A stretch of DNA of 61,452 bases, taken from assembly GCA_963697165.1 (NCBI GenBank), contig CAVOMX010000019.1, positions 1-61,452 on the forward strand, read 5' to 3'. Numbering within the stretch: the stretch's first letter is position 1; every line of letters begins with the position of its first letter. This DNA comes from Candidatus Bathyarchaeota archaeon. Its GTDB lineage: Archaea; Thermoproteota; Bathyarchaeia; Bathyarchaeales; Bathyarchaeaceae. The position numbers and the translations under genes were made by a program. The notes beneath the pieces are model-generated. The model searched no databases. It was not told the origin of the DNA and was given only the letters and a program-made list of their open reading frames with translations. This document shows positions 56,264 to 61,452 of this stretch, in pieces.

Positions 56264-56797
56264 TTAGGAGGGCGCAAACACTGTCAAAGGTTTCGAAGTG
56301 AAGCTGCTTATTCCGTTGTCATCTACGACGGTCAGACTAACTATGTAATCTCCAGCTAATGTATATGTGTGAGTGGGGGTCTCTCCTTCAATGGTGGTTT
56401 CGTCTCCAAAATTCCAAACCCATTTAACTATGTCTCCATCTGTGTCAACACTGGTCGATTTAAAAGCAACAGCATCTCCAACTATTGGGTTTTCTGGATT
56501 TACAGTGAATGTGGCGATTGGAGCCGCGAGAAATGGAGTGATAAAAAGCACCCAGCACAGAATGAACGTAAGAAAGTACACGCCTATTCCCATTGTGAAA
56601 AGCTTGGTCGGCTTGTCAACCTTGTTCATAAAGCGCCATTTAATAACATAATATGTGACAAGGTAGACGGCTAACGCGACACTTATGCCGTTTATTAGCG
56701 GGGTACCCACTTTGAGGTCCACCACTACGGCAGCCAATAGCGCGGCGAGGATGCCAAATCCGATTCTGGAACAGTAAATAATATTTAAAGTCTTCAA
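56264..56797 (-). CDS. Membrane protein with C-terminal PKD domain
   Basis: Three TMs, then APIATF...DGDIVKWVWNFGD...THTY...GDYIVSLTVVDDNG. Confidence 0.85.
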   Translation of the reverse strand: MKTLNIIYCSRIGFGILAALLAAVVVDLKVGTPLINGISVALAVYLVTYYVIKWRFMNKVDKPTKLFTMGIGVYFLTFILCWVLFITPFLAAPIATFTVNPENPIVGDAVAFKSTSVDTDGDIVKWVWNFGDETTIEGETPTHTYTLAGDYIVSLTVVDDNGISSFTSKPLTVFAPS

Positions 56798-57151
56798 TTT
56801 GAATCCCGTGTTTTAGTGAACACCATAACTTTCCACTTGTGGTTTATCTTACTTTCGCTTCCTAAAGCTTCTCTACTCGCTTTTAATTGACTCTCGCTTA
56901 TTTATATCCTCTCAAAATCTTGGCTAACAGAAGCGCCGCATCACAGCGAATTGTCCGTCCCCAACAATGAGCCGTACCTCTGGTTAAAATTAGTGTTTTG
57001 GTTGCTCAGCAGAAATGGGAAAAAGGAGCAAAAGTTTAACGCGTTCAGGGCGGCACCTTTTTTATGCGGTGACATAACACAGAAGAGTAGTAGAGAGGAG
57101 CCTTTTCTCCGTTGAAGTTGGAAAGCCTGTTCTTTGTCTATTGAGGGAAAA

Positions 57152-59167
57152 ATGTTGAAAGACGTAATGACAAGCTTCGATGTAGCAGCAGTCACTCATG
57201 AAATCAATACTTTAGTTGAAGGCGCTCATGTATCCAAAATTTATCAAATAGGCACCCAAACATTGCTCCTCAAGCTACGCAAACCAAACATGCCCAGAAT
57301 CCAACTGCTAATCGAAGCAAGAAAACGGATACACTTAACATCCTACGTTCATGAAACCCCAAAAAAGCCATCTGCATTCTGCATGTCTCTCAGGAAATAT
57401 CTTGACAATGGCGTAATCAAAACTGTCAGGCAACACGAATTCGAGCGAATAGCAATCATAGAAATCAGCACACGTCAAGGCGACTTCCAGTTGGTTTCAG
57501 AGCTTTTTGGCGGAGGAAACATAATCCTAGTTGATCCCGAAGGCAAGATTCTGCAGGCCATGACCTATAAGCGAATGCGAGACAGAAACATTTTGCGGGG
57601 TGAACCATTCCAGCATCCGCCTGCAAGAGGAAAAAACCCTATAACTATTACATTTCAAGAGTTTATGGAAATCAAAACTTTGGGAGAAACAGAAACTGTA
57701 AGAGCATTAACAAAGGTTTTGAGTATCAGCGGAACCTACGCCGAAGAAGTCCTTCTTCGCGCAGACGTCAACAAAAAGACGAAAAGTGCTGCTTTAACAG
57801 AACAAGAACTTGAGAGCATATTTAGTCAGCTACAGCAACTTCTTTCGGTTATTGAGTCAGGAAAACTGGATCCCAGCATCGTAAGCGACAAAGAGAATGG
57901 GTGGGTTGACGTGACTCCTGTGCCGCTAAAAAAGCATAACATGTTTGGTCAAAAGAAGTTTGAACGATTCAACAGTGCCCTTGATGAATACTACACAAAG
58001 ATAGGCGATACGGAGAGGGGTGACGAGGCAACAGGAGATGTAAAGAGCGAAGTTGCACGACAGCAGCGGATTATTCAGAATCAAGAGAAAGCGTTAGAGA
58101 ATTTGAAGGAGCCAATAATAGAAAACAAGACTATCGGAGATTTGATTTACCTTCACTTTGGAGACCTCCAGTCTCTCATCCAGAAAGTAATGGAACAGAA
58201 AAAAAACGGAAAAACTTGGGAACAAATAACAGCAATACTTGAAGAGGGAAAAAAAGAACAGAAGCATCCAGACGTGTATTTTCACTCTTTGGAGCCCGCA
58301 AACCAAGTTCTCCATGTTTCAGTTGAAAACAAAAAATTTTCTCTTAGCATTCGAGATTCCATCCAAACCAGTGCAGACAATTATTACTCGCGGTCAAAGA
58401 AAGCTCAAAAAAAGCTCAAGGGAGCCGAGAAGCAGTTGCAGGAGACCAGAACCAAAATTGAGGAGGCAAAAAATCAGGTTAGCATCACAAAAGCGAATCA
58501 GCAACCCCTTGCCAAGAGAAAAAAGAAGGAATGGTTCGAGAAATTCAGGTGGTTCCGCTCCTCTGACGGGTTACTTGTTATTGGAGGCAGAGACGCAACA
58601 ACAAACGAGATTCTTGTCAAAAAACACATGGAACCACAAGACATTATTTTTCACGCCGAAATTGTGGGAGCACCATTCGTTTTGATTAAAACGGATGGAA
58701 AAACTGCGCCAGAGCAGACCATCAGCGAAGCAGCCCAGCTTGCAGCCTCCTATTCGCGGGCATGGAGAGAAATGTTGAGTGTAATGAATGTTTACTGGGT
58801 AACTCCAGAACAGGTGAGCAAGACTCCTCCTTCTGGACAATTCCTAACGAAGGGGTCATTCATGATTAGGGGTTCCAAAAACTTTATTCGTGGTGTTCCT
58901 TTGTGTGTTGCTATTGGCGTCAAAATCGATGATGAAGAACTAGTGGTTGTTGGGGGACCTGTAGAGGCTATTGCCAGTCAGGCGGATGCGTTCGTGGAGG
59001 TTGTTCCGGGAGACCAGAAAAGCAGTCAGATCGCCAAACAGATACGGCATCAGCTGTCCACTAAGGTTTCGGAAGATTTGAAAAGAAGTATTACAGCGAT
59101 TCCCATAGAGGAGTTTCAGCATTTTATTCCTTTAGGCAGAGGAAAAATGAAAGAGACACGGGGTTAA
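57152..59167 (+). CDS. rqcH: Ribosome quality-control protein Rqc2/NEMF/RqcH (NFACT)
   Basis: MTSFDV, FCMSLRKYL, ELFGGGNIIL, WFEKFRWF, IGGRDATTNE, FHAE and QVSKTPPSG...GSFMIRG motifs. Confidence 0.95.
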   Translation: MLKDVMTSFDVAAVTHEINTLVEGAHVSKIYQIGTQTLLLKLRKPNMPRIQLLIEARKRIHLTSYVHETPKKPSAFCMSLRKYLDNGVIKTVRQHEFERIAIIEISTRQGDFQLVSELFGGGNIILVDPEGKILQAMTYKRMRDRNILRGEPFQHPPARGKNPITITFQEFMEIKTLGETETVRALTKVLSISGTYAEEVLLRADVNKKTKSAALTEQELESIFSQLQQLLSVIESGKLDPSIVSDKENGWVDVTPVPLKKHNMFGQKKFERFNSALDEYYTKIGDTERGDEATGDVKSEVARQQRIIQNQEKALENLKEPIIENKTIGDLIYLHFGDLQSLIQKVMEQKKNGKTWEQITAILEEGKKEQKHPDVYFHSLEPANQVLHVSVENKKFSLSIRDSIQTSADNYYSRSKKAQKKLKGAEKQLQETRTKIEEAKNQVSITKANQQPLAKRKKKEWFEKFRWFRSSDGLLVIGGRDATTNEILVKKHMEPQDIIFHAEIVGAPFVLIKTDGKTAPEQTISEAAQLAASYSRAWREMLSVMNVYWVTPEQVSKTPPSGQFLTKGSFMIRGSKNFIRGVPLCVAIGVKIDDEELVVVGGPVEAIASQADAFVEVVPGDQKSSQIAKQIRHQLSTKVSEDLKRSITAIPIEEFQHFIPLGRGKMKETRG

Positions 59168-59186
59168 CCCAAAAAAAGGCTTTGAG

Positions 59187-60722
59187 CTAGAACCCGTAAA
59201 GCTTTGAATATTTCTTGTATAGGTAATTGAGGTATGGGTCTACGGCGAGTTCTCTTCCAGCAATTATCTTGATAAGTTCAGGCGGGTTGTAGAGATTTCC
59301 GTAGCTATGAACATTCTTGACCAGCCACTGTTTCAATTCTCTGAAGTCACCAATGGCTATCTGGCTTCGCCAATCCTGCAGGTCATTCTCCATACGGGAT
59401 AGTATCTGTCCGCTGTAGATGTTTCCCAGAGCGTAGCTTGGAAAATAGCCGTATAATCCACTTGCCCAGTGAGTGTCCTGCATCACGCCCTCAGAGTCAT
59501 CTTTTACATTTACACCCAGATACTCGCTATAGCTTTCGTTCCAGACCTGCGGAAGCTCATCTATGGATATTTTGTCTGCGAACAGGTCTCTTTCAAGGTT
59601 GAACCGTATTATTACATGAAGCCCATAGGTAACCTCGTCTGCCTCGATCCTAATCTTCGACGGCTCAACATGATTGATTGCATGGACAAAATCATCCAAA
59701 GTTACATCAGAAAGCACGTTGCCTGTCATCTTTTTCAACTGGGGCAAGAAGTATGTCCAGAACTCGTGGGATCTTCCCATAATATTTTCTACGAAACGTG
59801 ACTGGGACTCATGGAATCCCATGGAGCATGCGTCTCCCACGGGCTGGAACATCCATTCCTCTTTCAGGTTCTGCTCATAGAGGGCATGTCCTCCCTCATG
59901 AAGAATAGAGAATACAGATGAGGCGAACCTGTTTGGGTAGTAATGGGTTGTGATTCGCACATCGTCATAATATCCTGTTGTGAAGGGATGCTCTGTCTCG
60001 TCGATTCTGCCTCCCGACTTGGCTGAAGTTACGTCGTAGCCGATGAATTCAGCGAGTAGCTTACCAATTTTCTGCTGCATTTCTGTTGTAACTGCGCGAT
60101 TAAGGATTGATGTGTCTGGCTGATTCGGTGACGCTTCACACTTCTTTAGCAGAATTGTTAAGCCTTCTCTTAGTTCTTTGAATACATTGCTGATGGCTTC
60201 TGCGGTAATTTTTGGTTCAAAAATGTCAAGTAACGCATCGTATGGCGTAGCGGTTTCCTTGACTGCCATCAAAATTTCTGCCGCCTGCTTCTTTAGGTTG
60301 AACAGCTTTTCGAGTTCAGGCTTGAACTTCCTGAAGTTTTTGGCGGCTTTGGATTTTTTCCATGTGTCGATTGTAAGGGCTTTCTGTTTTGAGATTTCAA
60401 CTACAAGTTCTTCGGGAAGCTTTGTCTGTTCATCATAGCTCTTCTTTATTAGGTACAGGTTTCTTTTGTGAACAGGGTCAAGGCTACCGTATTCTGAATG
60501 CTTGAGGGTTGCTTCCAGTAACCGCCCAATTTCTGGGTCTGTGCCCATTTGGTGTCCGATTCTGCTGAGCATTGCAAGCTGCAGGCTTCGCATTTTGATT
60601 CCTTTTGGAGGCATCTTTGTTTCCATGTCCCAGCTGAGAATCGCAGCTGCGGAATGAAGAGAAACTATGTTTTTGGTTTTTTCAAGCAGCTTTTTGTAAT
60701 TTGAAATCAATGTTTTTGTCAT
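59187..60722 (-). CDS. Thermostable carboxypeptidase (M32 family)
   Basis: WDMETKMP, HPF, DVRITT, HEGGH, HESQS, IRIEADE, QDTHW and GYFPSYALG motifs. The start is likely ATG 60722. Confidence 0.95.
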   Translation of the reverse strand: MTKTLISNYKKLLEKTKNIVSLHSAAAILSWDMETKMPPKGIKMRSLQLAMLSRIGHQMGTDPEIGRLLEATLKHSEYGSLDPVHKRNLYLIKKSYDEQTKLPEELVVEISKQKALTIDTWKKSKAAKNFRKFKPELEKLFNLKKQAAEILMAVKETATPYDALLDIFEPKITAEAISNVFKELREGLTILLKKCEASPNQPDTSILNRAVTTEMQQKIGKLLAEFIGYDVTSAKSGGRIDETEHPFTTGYYDDVRITTHYYPNRFASSVFSILHEGGHALYEQNLKEEWMFQPVGDACSMGFHESQSRFVENIMGRSHEFWTYFLPQLKKMTGNVLSDVTLDDFVHAINHVEPSKIRIEADEVTYGLHVIIRFNLERDLFADKISIDELPQVWNESYSEYLGVNVKDDSEGVMQDTHWASGLYGYFPSYALGNIYSGQILSRMENDLQDWRSQIAIGDFRELKQWLVKNVHSYGNLYNPPELIKIIAGRELAVDPYLNYLYKKYSKLYGF

Positions 60723-60817
60723 CTTTAACAAGCTTCCAGATTTTGTCCTTTTTAGTGAGGTTACATCATCTATTTGAGCGGAATCACCTTTTAATATCTC
60801 TATTCTTTTCGTTAGAA

Positions 60818-61396
60818 ATGAACCGAATACCATGTGAGGGGAACCTGTTGAAAAACTGGAAACTTGTTGATACAAAGCTTCTCTGTAGTTCAAAATTTTT
60901 ATCCGTCTTCGATGATACGGTTGTTTTACCCAGTGGCAAAGAAATAACATACACAAAAATTGAATTGAAGGACTTCGTTTCTGTTCTACCCATAACCGAA
61001 GGCAACGTTGTTATGATTGAGATTCTGCGGTATCCACGAAATTGTTTGAGTCTTGAGATTCCAAGTGGACATATAGAAGAGGGCGAAGCACCAAAGGAAA
61101 GTGCTTTTCGTGAACTTATAGAGGAAACAGGTTACAGGGCTGGGCAACTTGTAAGCATGGGCAGTTTTAATCCTTTGTCAAGGAGCACACAGCGGGCATA
61201 TCTGTTTCTCGCCAAGGACCTAAAGAAAGGGGTCCAGAAGCTAGAGGAGACAGAGCAGATAAACGTGAAACTTGTGCCCGTCAGCGATCTGGAAAAAATT
61301 TTGACGGAGGGCAAGGTAACTCATGCTCCAACGTTACTGGCTCTGCAAAGGTATCTGCTGATGAAGCAGACGGAATTACAGTTTTCTGTTCCATAA
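60818..61396 (+). CDS. NUDIX hydrolase (ADP-ribose pyrophosphatase-like)
   Basis: Nudix box GHIEEGEAPKESAFRELIEETGY. Confidence 0.9.
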   Translation: MNRIPCEGNLLKNWKLVDTKLLCSSKFLSVFDDTVVLPSGKEITYTKIELKDFVSVLPITEGNVVMIEILRYPRNCLSLEIPSGHIEEGEAPKESAFRELIEETGYRAGQLVSMGSFNPLSRSTQRAYLFLAKDLKKGVQKLEETEQINVKLVPVSDLEKILTEGKVTHAPTLLALQRYLLMKQTELQFSVP

Positions 61397-61452
61397 TTTT
61401 TTGGGAACTCTTTTTTGGCTGATTCTTTTTTTGCGGATACTGTTTTCCTGAA

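Noticed and set aside
60701..60956. Apparent long antisense overlap of the M32 carboxypeptidase and NUDIX ORFs
   Set aside because: This is an ORF-caller extension. Plausible starts at 60722 (-) and 60818 or later (+) give ordinary divergent genes.

Overview
The window is a composite of two unrelated genomes. Positions 1 to ~10,415 are compact eukaryotic DNA of roughly balanced GC, stramenopile/diatom-like. This part holds a partial FkbM-type methyltransferase-like gene, a Tti2-like ARM protein, an ARM-MYND zinc-finger protein and a FUSC-family transporter with a canonical GT-AG intron. From ~10,415 to the end the DNA is AT-richer and archaeal, most consistent with Bathyarchaeia; the housekeeping end carries radA, trm1, rqcH, a two-subunit fumarate hydratase, an M32 carboxypeptidase and a NUDIX hydrolase. 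The archaeal accessory region contains a GT2/GT-C-like glycosylation cluster, a TrmB-STAND ATPase-TPR-pseudo-hydrolase regulator, an archaeal pilin and a tandem array of four large secreted PQQ-like beta-propeller surface proteins. Three of these are followed by a conserved ~115-140 nt long-hairpin element. A ~13 kb stretch of unrelated single genes (34.9-47.5 kb) is punctuated by a dispersed family of palindromic GGGGTTAAA-N-TTTAACCCC(AAACCCAAAC) repeats. These two non-coding families are the best candidates for an undescribed system. Many genes are split by single-base indels that look like long-read consensus errors, so pseudogene calls are tentative. I saw no CRISPR array, rRNA, tRNA, transposase, integrase or reverse transcriptase. 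All family assignments are from motif recognition by eye, not from database searches.
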